Made by a program: the position numbers and the translations under genes. Source: Mobula hypostoma (lineage: Eukaryota). Taken from it: a stretch of 64,000 nt of DNA. The DNA is taken from the NCBI RefSeq assembly GCF_963921235.1, contig NC_086097.1:245832001-245896000 (forward strand), given 5' to 3'. Below, in pieces: positions 49,555-62,726 of the stretch. Numbering within the stretch: position 1 is the stretch's first letter; each line of letters begins with the position of its first letter. Under the pieces are notes generated by a model. The model did not search any database, was not told the DNA's origin, and saw only the letters and a list, made by a program, of their open reading frames with translations.

Positions 49555-52500
49555 TCATAAGATACAGGAGCTGAATTAGGCCATTTGGCCCATTGCGTCT
49601 GCTCCGTCATTTCATCATGGCTGATCCAGTTTTCCTCAGCCCCATCCTCCTGCCTTCTTCCCACATTCCTTCATGCCCTGACTAATCCAGAATCTATCAA
49701 ACTCTGCCTTAAATATACATAAAGTCTTGGCCTCCATAGGTGCCTGTGGCAAAGAATTCCACAAATTCACCATCTCCGCTAAAGAAGTTCCTCCTCATTT
49801 CCATTCTAAAATGATGCTCTGTATTCTGAGGCTGTGCCCTCTGGTCTTAGACTGCCCCACCATAGGAAACATCCTCTCCACATCCGCTCTATCAAGGCCT
49901 GTCACTATTCAATAGGTTACCTCTCATCCTTCCGAATTCTAGTGAATACAGGCCCAGAGCCATCAAACACTCTACATATGACAAGCCACTTAATCCTGGG
50001 ATCATTTTCGTGAACCTCCTTTGTAACCTCCTTGCTAAGATAAGGGACCTAATCTTGCTCACAGTACTCCAAGTGAGGCCTCACCAGTGCTTTATAAAGC
50101 CTCAACATCACATCCTTGCTTTTATATTTTAGTCCTCTTGAAATGAATGCTAACATTGCATTTGCCTTCCTCACCACTGGATCAACCTACAAATTAAATC
50201 TTTAGGGATTCCTGCATAAGGATTCCCAAGTCCCTTTGCACCTCATTTCTTTTTTGTATTTTCTCTCCATTTAGAAAATAGTCAACCCTTTCATTTCTTT
50301 TACGAAAGTACATGACTGTACACTTCCTGACACTTTATTCCATCTGCCATTTCTTCTCCTATTCTCCTAATCTGTCTGTCCTTCTGTAGCCTCTCTACTT
50401 CCTCAAAATTTCCTGCCCCTCTATCTATCTTCGTATGGCTGCAAACTTTACGATAAAACCATTAATTCCACCATCCAAATCATCGACATATAACGTAAAA
50501 AGAATCAGTCCCAATAGAGACCCCCATGGAACACCACTAGTCACCGGCAGCCAATCAGAAAATGCTCCCTTTATTCCCACTCTTTGACTTGTCACGTACC
50601 CCATGACGGGGATAAAGAACCAGCAGAAATAGAAACCACTTTGGAGTCTCGTATTGCTGTAAACTACTAATATTTATTAGTAACTACGCAATACAGTAAT
50701 ATAAATGTAGATAAGTCACACAGGTTAGCAATGATTATATATAAAAGTAAGTGTGGAATATATATGTGTGAAAACCAAGCTTCTTTAAGTCTAGGGGTAA
50801 AAAGATACACTTACGATGTTGAGTAAAGTTCAGTTCAGTTCAGTTTGTGGTATTTAGTTGAGTAGCGATGGAGAGAGAGAGAGAGAGAGTGAGAGAGAGA
50901 GAGAGAGAGAGAGTGAGTTGAGTCTTCAGGTGAGCTGATGCCGTTGATCTCCTCGTCGTCCTCCGAAATCCTTTACAAGTCACCGACTGTGAGTTTAACC
51001 AGGGGGACCGGTTTTCCTGTGGTGGAGCTATCACCCCGGCAAGGGTGGACACATAGACAACTCCCCACCAGTCAACCCCTTCTCCTATGTTGGAATAGCA
51101 ATTTGGATCGATCTGCCTGATTGATCCTCCAAAACCCACTTTCTCTGTGGGCACAACAATGCTCATTCAGTGTCCAGATCATGTGTCTGAGGTCTGTATC
51201 ATCTGACCTCCCATTTATTTCTCTGTGCTGATCATCACCTGTCATTCAAAGAGTCCTTCCTTCCTTTGTCTGTGAAGAAATGCACAAGCAGGCAACAAGT
51301 CCTTGAAAGTAACATCAATGATCTGCCTTTGGTCACCATAGCAACCTTCGAGCTGCTCGGTGCTGTCTCCAACTCCAAACTCAGTGGAAATCCAAAGTTA
51401 CTTCCAGTTCCTTAAAGTGACAGTCCAACCATTAACCTTCGTCTCTCTCTCCTTTCCAAACAACCCATCAATGATGAATGTCTCTCTCCGTCTCTCTTCA
51501 AACAGTTAATAGGCTCACTCCTGGATCCCCTCACAGACTCCCGCCAATCAGTCTCTGCTTTATCCATGCTAGAATCTTCCCTGCAATACCATGGGGCTTG
51601 TAGCTTGTTAACCAGCCTCCTGTGTGGTACCTTGTCAAGGACCTTCTGAAAATCCAAGTACACAACATCAACTTAGTCTGTCCTGCTTGTTACTTTTTGA
51701 AAGAATTCCAACAGATTTTTCAGGCAAGATTTTCCCCTGAGGAAACCACGCTGACTATGGCTTATTTTTATCATGTGCCTCTAAATACCCCACAATCACA
51801 TCCTTAACAATCGACTCCAACATCTTACCAACCACTGAGGTCAGACTAACTGGCCTCTCTCCCTTTTTGAAGAGTGGAGTGACATTTTCAATTTTCCAGT
51901 CTTCCGGAACCATTCCAGAATCTAGTGATTCTTGTTAGATCATTACAAATGCCTCCACAATCTCTTCAACCACCTCTTTCAGAACCCTGGGGTTTACACT
52001 ATCTAGTCCAGGTGACTCATCTATCTTCAGACCTTTCAGTTTCCCAAGAACCTTCTCTCTAGTAATGGCAACTTCACACACTTCATGCTCCCTGACACCT
52101 GGAATTTCCACCATACTGCTAGTGTCTTCTACAGTGAAGACTGATGCAAAATACTTATTTAGTTCATCCTCAATTTCATTCTCTCCTTTTACTACCTCTC
52201 CAGCATCATTTTCCAGTGGTCCAATATGCACTTTCGCCTCTCTTTAATACATTATGTATCTGAAGAAACTTTTGGTATCCTCTAATATTATTGTCCAGAT
52301 AACTTGCATATTCCATCTTTACATTCTGAATGACTTTTTTTAGTTTCCTTCCATTCCAAGCCTCTAACTTCCCACTAATCTTTGCTCTATTTTATGCCCA
52401 CTTTTCGGTTTTTATGTTGACTTCGATTTCTCTTGTTAGCCATGGTTGTGTCATCTTTCCTTTAGAATACTTCTTCCTCTTTGGGATGTACAGTATATAT

Positions 52501-53230
52501 CCTGTGCCTTTCAAATTGCTCCCAGAAGTACCAGCCGTTGCTGCTCTGCCATTGTGATTCCTGGGATGGCAGGACTTTCATATGATGAAAGACTGGATCA
52601 ACTGGGTTTGTACTCGTTGGAATTTAGAAGATTGAGGGGGGATCTGATTGAAACGTATAAGATCCTAAAGGGATTGGACAGGCTAGATGCAGGAAGATTG
52701 TTCCCGATGTTGGGGAAGTCCAGAATGAGGGGTCACAGTTTGAGGATAGAGGGGAAGCCTTTTAGGACCGAGATTAGGAAAAACTTCTTCACGCAGAGAG
52801 TGGTGAATCTGTGGAATTCTCTGCCACAGGAAACAGTTGAGGCCAGTTCATTAGCTATATTTAAGAGGGAGTTAGATATGGTCCTTGTGGCTAAAGGGAT
52901 CGGGGGTATGGAGAGAAGGCAGGTACAGAGTTCTGAGTTGGATGATCAGCCATGATCATACTGAATGGCAGTGCAGGCTCAAAGGGCCGAATGGCCTACT
53001 CCTGCACCTATTTTCTATGTTTCTATGTTTCTATCATCCCTGCCAGTGTTTTTTTTTTGCAATCAATTCTGGCCAACTTCTCTCTCATGCATCTGTAATT
53101 TCCTTTACTCCACTGTAATATTGGTACATCTGACTTTAGCTTCTCCTTCTCAAATTTCAGGTTGAATTCAATCATATGATGATTTATTTTACCTTAAGCT
53201 CTCTAATCAATTCTGGTTCATTGCACATGA
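49555..53230 (-). mobile_element. Decayed CR1 hosting a solo LTR (50590-51535) and a + strand young CR1 3' end (~52556-53033)
   Basis: Host CR1 is collinear across both insertions; the 52556-53033 insert closely matches the 3' end of the 41015 element. Confidence 0.82.
50590..51535 (-). mobile_element. Solo LTR (946 bp), Gypsy- or ERV-type
   Basis: TGT...ACA termini; 4-bp TSD GACT at 50586-50589 and 51536-51539; host CR1 rejoins seamlessly. AATAAA near the minus-strand 3' end (~50674-50679). Confidence 0.85.
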
Positions 53231-53336
53231 GCTACTGTGGAGCATCCTTCCCAAATCAGACTGTCCACAGCAATATGTCTCCACCTTTCATCTGCTTTCT
53301 GATGGAATGCAAGATATGATCCTCATCCGAAGAAAC

Positions 53337-53886
53337 TTCTGAAATGCTCGCTTCGCTGCCGCTGCTACTGTGTGGTAACCGGAATCTCCGGAGCAGAAGG
53401 CCTCGAATCCACAGCTTTGCTTGTTTCGGCGGTTGGGGCAAGGTTGAAGGTGCTCGGCAGAGGATGGCGCTCGGGAGGCTGTGTCGGAGAGGCTGGTCAG
53501 AGGCTCGAAGTTTTCGGATGGATGGACTCAGTGTCGGCTGTGGTCGGCCCTTCCAATGCATCGGCAGTTGTCGGTGCCTGGAGGTTTATGGCAGGGAGTT
53601 TCTCCCTTTTGCCGCCTGCTATCGGGGACTCAGGAGTCGATCAACTCGGGACTTTGAGACTTTTTTTTTTACTGTGCCCATGGTTTGTTCTTCATCAAAT
53701 TATGGTATTGCTTTGTACTGCCGTAACTATATGTTATAATTATGTGGTTCTGTCAGTGTTAGTCTTTGGTTTGTCCTGTTCTTCTGTGATATCACTCTGG
53801 ATGAACATTGTATCATTTCTTAATGCATGTATGCATTTCTAAATGACAATAAAAGAGGACTGAGTGTTCTCATAATCTAAATCTAA
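53337..53886 (+). mobile_element. Non-autonomous non-coding retroposon (5'-truncated); same family as 62727-63381
   Basis: Collinear with the minus-strand copy; AATAAA 53848-53853 and short tandem tail. Confidence 0.7.
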
Positions 53887-54259
53887 CTAAATAAACAATG
53901 TTGTAACAACAGACCCGGTTACTGTGCAAACTGCAGAGGGCAGGTGCCCAAGCAAGGTAACACAATTGCCCTAGTATTGTACAGTCATAATGACCCCACA
54001 CTCAGGTTGGGTAAGTTACACCTCATATTCTATCTGGGTATCCTGCAACTTGGTAGCACGAAACAGGTCTTACTAATAATTGTTTATTATTTTTTTCTTT
54101 CTCTTTATATTTGCACATTTTTGTTGTCCTTTCGACATTGGTTGGGGTGGTCGTTCATTGGTTCTATCATGTTTCTTGGATTTACTGTGTGCATCCGCAA
54201 GAAGATAAATCCCTCGATAATTACTTTGACAAAAAATTCAGGTTTAATATCATGAGTTG

Positions 54260-56350
54260 TCATCGTTCAGGGAACATTTGTGTGGCGTTCTGCATTGTTA
54301 TGTTCCATTGAGGCAGGGAAAGGATGGTCGGGTTAAAGAACCCTGGTGTATTAAGGATGTAGAAAACCTAGTCAAGAAGAAAAGAAAAGCTTATGAAAGG
54401 CTCAAGAAACTAGGTACTGTTAGAGTGCTAGAAAATTACAAGGTTGCTAGGAAGGAGCTTAAGAATGGAATTAGGAGAGCCAGAAGGGGCCATGAGAAGG
54501 CCTTGGTGAGCAGGATTAAGGAAAACCGTAGGGCATTCTACAAGTACGTGAGGAGCAAGAGGATGAGCCGTGAGAGAATAGGACCAATCAGGTGCGATAG
54601 TGGAAATGAGTGCATGGAGTCGGAGCAGATATTGGAGGTACTTAAAGAGTACTTTGCTTCAGTATTCCCCAGTGGAAAGGACCTTGGCAATTGTGGGGAT
54701 GACTAACAGCAGACTGAAATGCTTGAGCATATAGACATTAAGAAAGAGGATGTGCCGGAGCTTTTGAAAAGCATGAAGTTAGATCAGTCACCGGAACTGG
54801 ACAAGATATACCCCGGGCTACTGTGGGAAATGAGGGAAGAGATTGCTGAGCCTCTGGCAATGATCTTTGCATCTTCAGTGGGGATGGAAGAAGTACCAGA
54901 GGATTGGAGGGTTGCAAATGTTGTTCCATTGTTCAAGAAATGGAGTAGAGATAACCCAGGAAATTATAGCCCAGTGAGTCTTACTTCAGTGGTGGGTAAG
55001 TTGATGGAGAAGATCCTGAGAGGCAGGATTTATGAGCATTTGGAGAGATATAATCTGATTAGGGATAGTCAGCATGGCTTTGTCAAGGGTAATTCATGCT
55101 TTATGAGCCTGATTGAATTCTTTGAGGATGTAACAAAACACATTGATGAAAGTAGAGCAGTGGATGTAGTGCATATAGATTTCAGTAAGGCATTTGATAA
55201 GGTTCCCCATGCAAGGCTCCTTCAGAAAGTAAGGAGGCATGGGATCCAAGGAGACCTCGCTTTGTAGATCAAAATTGGCTTGTCCACAGAAGGCAACGGG
55301 TGGTTGTAGATGGTTCATATTCTGCATGGAGGTCAGTGACTAGTGGTGTTCCGCAGGGATCTGTTCTGGGACCTCTCCTCTTTGTGATTTTTTAAATGAC
55401 CTGGATGAAGAAGTAGAAGGGTGGGCTAGTAAGTTTGCTGATAATACTAAAGTTGAGGGAGTTATGCATAGTCTGCAGGGTTGTCAGAGGTTCTAGCGGG
55501 CCATTGATAGGATGCAGAACTGCGCTGAGAAGTGACAGGTGGACTTCAACCGAGATAAGTGTGAAGTGGTTCATTTTGGTAGTTCAAATTTGAAGACAGA
55601 ATATAATATTAATGATAAGACTCCTAACAGTGTGGATGATCAGAGAGATCTTGGGGTCCATGTTCATAGGACACTCAAAGCTGCTGCACAGGTTAACAGT
55701 TTTGTTAAGAAGGAGTATGGTGTGTTGGCCTTCATCAACTGTGGGATTGAGTTCAAGAGCCGTGTGGTAATGTTACAGCTATATAAGACCTTGGTCAGAT
55801 CTCACTTGGAGTACTATGTTCAGTTCTGGTCATCTCACTGCAGGAAGGATATAGATACCATGGCGATTGCAGAGGAGATTTACAAGGATGTTGATGGATT
55901 GGAGAGTGTGCCTTCTGAAAAACAGATTGAGTGAACTTGGTCTTTTCTCCTTGGAGTGAAGGAGGATGAGAGGTGACCTGATAGAGGTGTATAAAATTAT
56001 GAGAAGCATTGATTGTGTGGATGATCAGAGGCTTTTTCCCAGAGCTGAAATGGCTTACACAAAGGGACATAGTTTTAAGGTGCTTGGAAGCAGGTACAGG
56101 GGGATGTCAGAGGTAAGTTTTTCACACAGAGAGTGGTGGCTGATTGGAATGCACTGCCGGCGACAGTGGTATAGGTGGATACAATAGACTCTTTTAAGAG
56201 ACTCTTAGGTAGGTACATGGAGCTTAGAAAAATAGAGGGCTATGCGGTAGGGAAATTCTAGACAGTTTCTTATGTAGGTTACATGGTCAGCAAAATGTTG
56301 TGGGCCACAGGTCCTCTGGTGTGCTGTAGATTTCTATGTTCTATGTTCAT
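54260..56350 (+). mobile_element. Decayed CR1 (RT plus 3' end)
   Basis: ORFs 54257, 54719, 55539 and 55966 are successive CR1 ORF2 pieces; ttctatgttctatg tail. Confidence 0.9.
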
Positions 56351-57624
56351 TCCACACTGTGAGCCTCTGGAAGATCTTCCATGTCTTCTGGCCAAGAAAG
56401 ATCTCCATCCACGCCCTACTCCTTTAGTGTCACCAAGAGGACCTGGCCACAACCATCATGAGGAAATGTTGGAGATGGGTTGGGCACCTGATGAGAAGAG
56501 AAGCCAACTCCATCATCAAGGCAGCTCTTCAATGGATCCCTGAAGGGTGGAGGAAAGACCAATTTGGCACTGTACAGTAGAGGCAGAAATGAGGACCCTG
56601 ACCACACCTGGGGCACAGTAGAGAAGCCCAGACAGAGATGGAGGACCTTCATTGTTGCTCTTAACACCAGCAGCATAATATGCAGTGACTAATTTCATAT
56701 CATTGTCATAAGTCATGAAATTCATTGTTTTATGGCAGCAGTGCAGTAAAAGACATAAAAATTACTACAAGTTACAAAACAGTGCAAAATGGGAATAGTG
56801 AGATCGTGCCTATGGCTTCATAGAATGTTCAGAAATCTGATGGTAGAGAGGAAGAAGCTGCTCCTAAAGCATGAAGTGTGTGTTTTCAAGCTCCTGCACT
56901 TCCTCCCTGATGGACTCAACGTTCTGGATGGTGAAGCTCCTTCCAAACCACTCCTTCCATCAGATGCCAGGTGTCTCTCCATCCTCATGAAATTTTTCAG
57001 TCTCAAAGTGGTGTGCCCTTTGATGTTATGGCTGTAGGTTGTCTTGGCAGCTTTGACAGGTCTGAGCATGTAATGACTCTGTTTTGGTGAATTCTACAGG
57101 GTGTGGTCCAACAATGTCAGAAACCCCATCTCCATTTCAAGATGAAGGAAGCCCATTTGTTTCCAATTATAAGTGCTGTGGTTGCAATTCTAAGAGTTGG
57201 GACCGCTCTTAAAACTGAGGAATTTGATGTGTTTCTACAAGCAGCATATGTAAATGCTAAACTTTTGGATAACCTCCCGTTCTGAAGAAATTGTATCTTC
57301 CCCAGTACTGGACGGCTGTAATGGGGAGATTTTATGTGCTACTATGATCCACAAATTGGATCCTCTTTTAATGAAGCAACTGGATATGCTCCTTTGATTA
57401 AAGCATTGCAGCCTCTCATTCTATGTGCTTCTAATAAAGGAATTGGACACACTTCTGAAGCTGATTGTACTTGCTCTTAGCAATCAATGTAGGATACTTG
57501 CCTTCATCAGCTGGAATGTACAATAGAATACAGGAACAAGGAGCATGTGATGTTACTGCACAAAAAGATTAATTAGGTCACAGTCAAGTACTTGTAAAAA
57601 TTATTTATTATTGCCAAATGCACC

Positions 57625-58240
57625 AAAATACAAAGAAAAGATTATCTTGTGCATCATCTGCTGTTGGACAGGGTTGACCAGGGATGTTGCTTCCAAACTG
57701 TCTACTTGATACACAAGCCAGGGCAGTACAATATGGAGAGCGAGCTGTTGCCCATGCAGCAAGCTCCCCCTCTCCACACAGCTGATGAATTCAAAGCAAC
57801 AGCACCGACCGATACAGGTTGGCTCCAGCAGTGTCACAGGAATTGCCAGTCTGCATAGATTTAAGATAGGACTGCCTTAGGGATAACAGCTCTGGACTTT
57901 TTCCTCCGAGTTCGCTCCTGAAGCCTTCCCCATGAGTGGGTGTAGCCACAAGGCAGCAGAGGCTTGAAATCAGAGTTTTCCTTCTCCGAGATGAGCTGCC
58001 AACCACGGCTGATGAGCCCCATCTTTCTAGAGCAACTGGTTTTAGGTTGTCAGTAACCCACCTTTGCCCCTTCTCCTTTCAGTTGAAATGGTTCCGCCAG
58101 GCTTAGTAGCTAAGCCACACGTGAAGGCCAGGAGCTGGAATTGGTTGTCAAACGCTATTTGAGGCACACGCCATTGGGAGCATTTAGTAGGAGCTTGTCC
58201 CCATTTGTAGAGGGAACACTCCCCACCCCTCAGCTATGAC
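57625..58240 (-). mobile_element. Probable non-autonomous RTE/RTE-X derivative
   Basis: Minus strand ...GGAGAAGGAAAACTCTGATTTCAA... 5'-UTR-like motif (from recall); 3' part resembles the SINE tail at 40431. Confidence 0.4.
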
Positions 58241-58244
58241 AACA

Positions 58245-59340
58245 TCATTAGGCATTAATATCGAGGTAGTAAAATGGATTCAGCAGTGGCTGGATGGGAG
58301 ACGCCAGAGAGTAGTGGTGGATAACTGTGTGTCAGATTGGAGGACAGTGTGTAGCGGTGTGCCTCAGGGATCTGTACGGGGTCCAATGTTGTTTATCATA
58401 TATATTAATGATCTGGATGATGGGGTGGTAAATTGGATTAGTAAGTATGCAGATGATACTAAGATAGGTGGCGTTGTGGATAATGAAGTAGGTTTTCAAA
58501 GCTTGCAGAGAGGTTTAGGCCAGTTAGAAGAGTGGGCTGAAGGAAGGCAGATGGAGTTTAGTGCTGAAAAATGTGAGGTGCTACATTTTGGTAGGACTAA
58601 TCAAAATAGGACATACATGGTAAATGGTAGGGCATTGAAGAATGCTGTAGAACAGAGGGATCTAGGAATAATGGTGCATAGTTCCCTGAAGGTGGAATCT
58701 CATGTGGATAGGGTGGTGAAGAAAGCTTTTGGTATGCTGGCCTTTATTAATCAGAGCATTGAGTATAGGAGTTGGGATGTAATGTTGAAATTGTATAAGG
58801 CATTGGTAAGGTCAAATTTGGAGTATTGTGTGCAGTTATGGTCACCGAATTATAGGAAAGAGGAAATAAAATTGAGAGAGTACAGAGGAGGTTTACTAAA
58901 ATGTTGCCTGGGTTTCATCTCCTAAGTTACAGAGAAAGGTTGAACAAGTTAGGTCTTTATTCTTTGGAGCGTAGAAGGTTGAGAGGGGACTTAATAGAGG
59001 TGTTTAAAATTATGAGGGGGATTGATAGAGTTGACGTGGATAGGCTTTTTCCATTGAGAGTGGGGGAGATTCAAACAAGAGGACATGAGTTGAGAGTTAA
59101 AGGGCAAAAGTTTAGGGGTAACATGAAGGGGAACGAGCTTCCAGCAGAAGTGGTTGAGGAAGGTTCAATGTTGACGTTTAAAGTTAAATTGGATAGATAT
59201 ATGGACAGGAAGGGATTGGAGGGTTATGGACCGAGTGCAGGTCGGTGGGACTAGGTAAGAGTAGGAGCTCGGCACGGACTATGAGGGCCGAGATGGCCTG
59301 TTTCCGTGCTGTAATTGTTATATGGTTATATGGTTATTAA
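58245..59340 (+). mobile_element. CR1 3' ~1.1 kb, related to the 10257 element
   Basis: SGVPQGS, YADDTK; (TTATATGG)n tail. Confidence 0.9.
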
Positions 59341-59485
59341 GGAGCCTGTGTATTATCCATACAGATTAATTCATTACACAGTGCATTGAGGTTGTTAGGA
59401 GGTAAAAGAATAACAGGATGCAGAATGAAGGGGTATTTTACATTTTTCTTTAGAGAGACAGTGCAAAACAGGACCTTCCAGCCCG

Positions 59486-59584
59486 ACAAGCCTCACCGCC
59501 CAGCATCCCACTGATTTAACAAGCCTCACCGCCCAGCATCCCACTGATTTAACAAGCCTCACCGCCCAGCATCCCACTGACTTA
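59486..59584. repeat. 33-bp tandem repeat x3 inside a V-SINE-like copy
   Basis: acaagcctcaccgcccagcatcccactgattta x3, no spacers. Confidence 0.95.
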
Positions 59585-59839
59585 ACCCCAGCCTAATCAC
59601 AGAACAATTTACAACGACCAATTAACCTACCAAGCGGTATGTCCCTGGGCTGTGGGAGGAAACCAGAGAACCCAGAGGAAATCCATGTGGTTCAAAGGGA
59701 ATGTACACACTCCTTCCAGATGGTGTTGGAATGGAACTGGGAACTCTGGAACGCCCTGAGCTGTAACAGCAACGGGCATGCTAACCACCACACTACTTTA
59801 TAGTGGTGTCCTTGCAGTTACAGACAAAATCATTCTTTG

Positions 59840-60245
59840 ACTGCATTTGGAGTCATCGTGGCTATCCCTCAAGGTCGAGGATGATGGTCTTCGTTCTGAA
59901 GAAGTGGCCCACAGAGTGAAGACGCCTGTGCGTGTATTTGTGTCCAAGAAGCACACAATACTTCACAAATCAACTGATTCCAATGGCATGGAAACCACGA
60001 CGATTGGAGCTGATGGATTTGTTGCTGCCTTCATCCGCCTTCACAGCCGTTGAGTTCAAAGTAACTTCGTCTGCCTGTTCCACCGTTGAGGTCTTGGTTG
60101 GATTGTTCTTTGTCAGGGACCTCACCCTCGACCTTACCACCATGGGTGACCCTACCAGGAACATAGCTCCAGACAGAATCGCTCTCGGGATCACAGGACC
60201 ACACAAGCTTCTCCACCACGACAAGGTGACAATCCACGGAGAAGT
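59840..60245 (-). mobile_element. Non-autonomous RTE (Expander/Rex3-like) derivative; related + strand copy ~63500-63850
   Basis: Shared 5' block CACCTTG.CGTGGTGGAG...GTCTGGAGCT...CCTGG.AGGGTCACC...TAAGGTC...GACAAAGA. Confidence 0.55.
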
Positions 60246-60892
60246 ATTTGGAGTTGTATTACATGGGAAAGTGTGAAGTTAGTGGCAAGTGCTCTTCACC
60301 AGTCTCATTCACAGTTTTGAGTGTATTTATATCAATGAACTGCAAACCCTTTCAGACTCCCTCTTGTCCATCTCTCTGAACCCTGACTCTTCATTCTCTT
60401 GGCATTTGACTTGCTTTGCCCTCTCTGCAGATTGCTTTAATCTAGTATTTTATCTTGGTATCTATTCCACAGCCAAAATACATTAATACCACCTCTGTTG
60501 TACTCAGAATCAAGTTTAATATCAATGGCATATGCAGTGAAATTTGTCATTTGTGGCAGCAGTACTTTGCAATTCATCAGAATAAAAACTATAAATTACA
60601 ATAAGATGTATAAAAAGAAAAGAAAATTAAACTAAATAAGTGCAAAGGGAAATGAAAAACAATGCTGAGGAAGCGTTCATGGGTTCATTGTCCTTTCAGA
60701 AATCTGATAGCCAAGGGGAGGAAGCTATTCCTGAAGTGATCAGTTTGTACCTCCTTCCTGATGCTAGCAATGAGAAGAGGGTATGTCCTGGGTGATGGAG
60801 ATTTTTAATGATGGATGCCACCTTTCTGAGGCATCGCTCCCTGAAGATTTAGGGGTGACCAAATTGAAACCTATCAAATGTTAGTTTAGCCT

Positions 60893-61567
60893 AGCTAAGG
60901 CACCGGTGACCCCTGTTTCCATCCAGGGGGTCAGTGTGGACATGGTGGAGGATTACAAATACCTGGGGATATGTATTGACAATAAACTGGACTGGTCAAA
61001 GAACACTGAGGCTGTTTACAAGGGTCAGAGCCGTCTCTATTTCCTGAGGAGACTGAGGTCCTTTAACATCTGCCGGACGATGCTGAGGATGTTCTACGAG
61101 TCTGTGGTGGCCAGTGCTATCATATTTGCTGTTGTGTGCTGGGGCAACAGGCTGAGGGATGCAGACACCAACAGAATCAACAAACTCATTCGTAAGGCCA
61201 GTGATGTTGTGGGGATGGAACTGGACTCTCTCACGGTGGTGTCTGAAAAGAGGATGCTGTCCAAGTTGCATGCCATCTTGGACAATGTCTCCCATCCACT
61301 ACATAATGTACTGGTTGGGCACAGGAGTACATTCAGCCAGAGACTCATTCCACCGAGATGCAACACAGAGCGTCATAGGAAGTCATTCCCACCTGTGGCC
61401 ATCAAACTTTACAACTCCGCCCTTGGAGGGTCAGACACCCTGAGCCAATAGGCTGGCCCTGGACTTATTTCTCGGCATAATTTACATATTACTATTTAAT
61501 TATCTATGGTGCAACTGTAACAAAAACCAATTTCCCCCGGGATCAATAAAGTATGACTATGACTATG
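60893..61567 (+). mobile_element. Rex1/Babar-type 3' part, near-identical to 46623-47470
   Basis: ORF 60906-61451 has almost the same protein; ggatcaataaagt(atgact)n tail. Confidence 0.85.
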
Positions 61568-61569
61568 AA

Positions 61570-61975
61570 TTACACAGATTCACCACCATCTGGCTAATGG
61601 AATTCCTCCTCATCTCTGTTCTAAATGGACTGCCCTCTATTTTGAGGCTGTGCCCTCTGTTCCTAGAGTCTCCCACCACAGGAAACTTCCTCTCCACATC
61701 CATTCTAACAAGGCCTTTCAACGTTCAATAGGCTTCAATGATATTCCCCCTCATTGGTGTAAATTCCAGTGAGTACAGGCCCAGAGCCTTCAATCACTGC
61801 TCACGTGTTAACCTTTTCAATCCTGGAATCATTCTCATGAACCTCCTCTGAACCCTTTTCAGTGTCAGCACATCTTTTCTTAAATAAGGGGCCCAAAGCT
61901 GCTCACAATATTCCAAGTAAGGCCTTGCTCGGGCCTTATACACTCTCAGTTCTACATCCTTCTTATTGGCCTTCC
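61570..61975 (-). mobile_element. CR1 3' fragment
   Basis: RPYLEYCEQLWAPYLRKDV..KRVQRRF. Confidence 0.8.
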
Positions 61976-61989
61976 AAAGCAATTAACTG

Positions 61990-62462
61990 ACAACTTCAAC
62001 TCATTCAGAACAAAAGTCAGGAGGAGGGAACATACTGTATCACTCCTATCCTAACTACTCTGCCTTGGCTTCCTGTATCTTTTAGGACTGATTTTAAAGT
62101 TCTCTTACTTGTTTTTAAAGCTCCCAATGCTCTGTGACCGGAGTACATCACCGAATCGTTTTCGTTTTATAATCCTGCTCGGGCTCTCAGGTCTTCTGCC
62201 GGTCTCTCAAATTTAAACAGTCTCCCTCAGAAGATAATTGGCAGGTCAGCTTTCTCGAACTCTGCTCCACAACTGTGAAACTCAATACCTAAAGTTAACT
62301 ACAAGGGTTGCTGACGCAGTCGACACTTTTAAACATTAGCTCAAAACCTATTTATTTAACCTTGCTTTTAACTGACGTCATTTTGCCTTTTATTTTCATG
62401 TTTGTACTTTTATCCCATTGTCTGTATGAAAAGTGCTCCATAAATAAGTTGATATTATTATG
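61990..62462 (+). mobile_element. L2-clade LINE 3' fragment (decayed)
   Basis: ITPIL, LPVSFRTDFKVLLLVFKA, PARALRS and RSAFS...APQL remnants; (tat)n tail. Confidence 0.65.
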
Positions 62463-62726
62463 AAATTAGTCACGGTGGAGTTACCACACCATACGGGAGT
62501 AGAAGGCAATGGGTCAGAGCTGCCCTATCATTTCGCCTTAATGTCAATCTCCTCTATTTGCCGTATAGATTTAAATATCTCCTCTGATCCATGACTTAGC
62601 ACCCACTGAACTCCCGCTGCCACTCTTCACAAGCTATTGTATGAAACGATTCTGCCAATTCTGTGCACAAACAGCTCTCACTGCCATCACTGTTTACGTG
62701 TAGGCATATTACTAAGATAGTTTGGG

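Noticed and set aside
59486..59584. 33-bp direct repeats resembling a CRISPR array
   Set aside because: Head-to-tail with no spacers, inside a SINE, in vertebrate DNA, and no cas genes.
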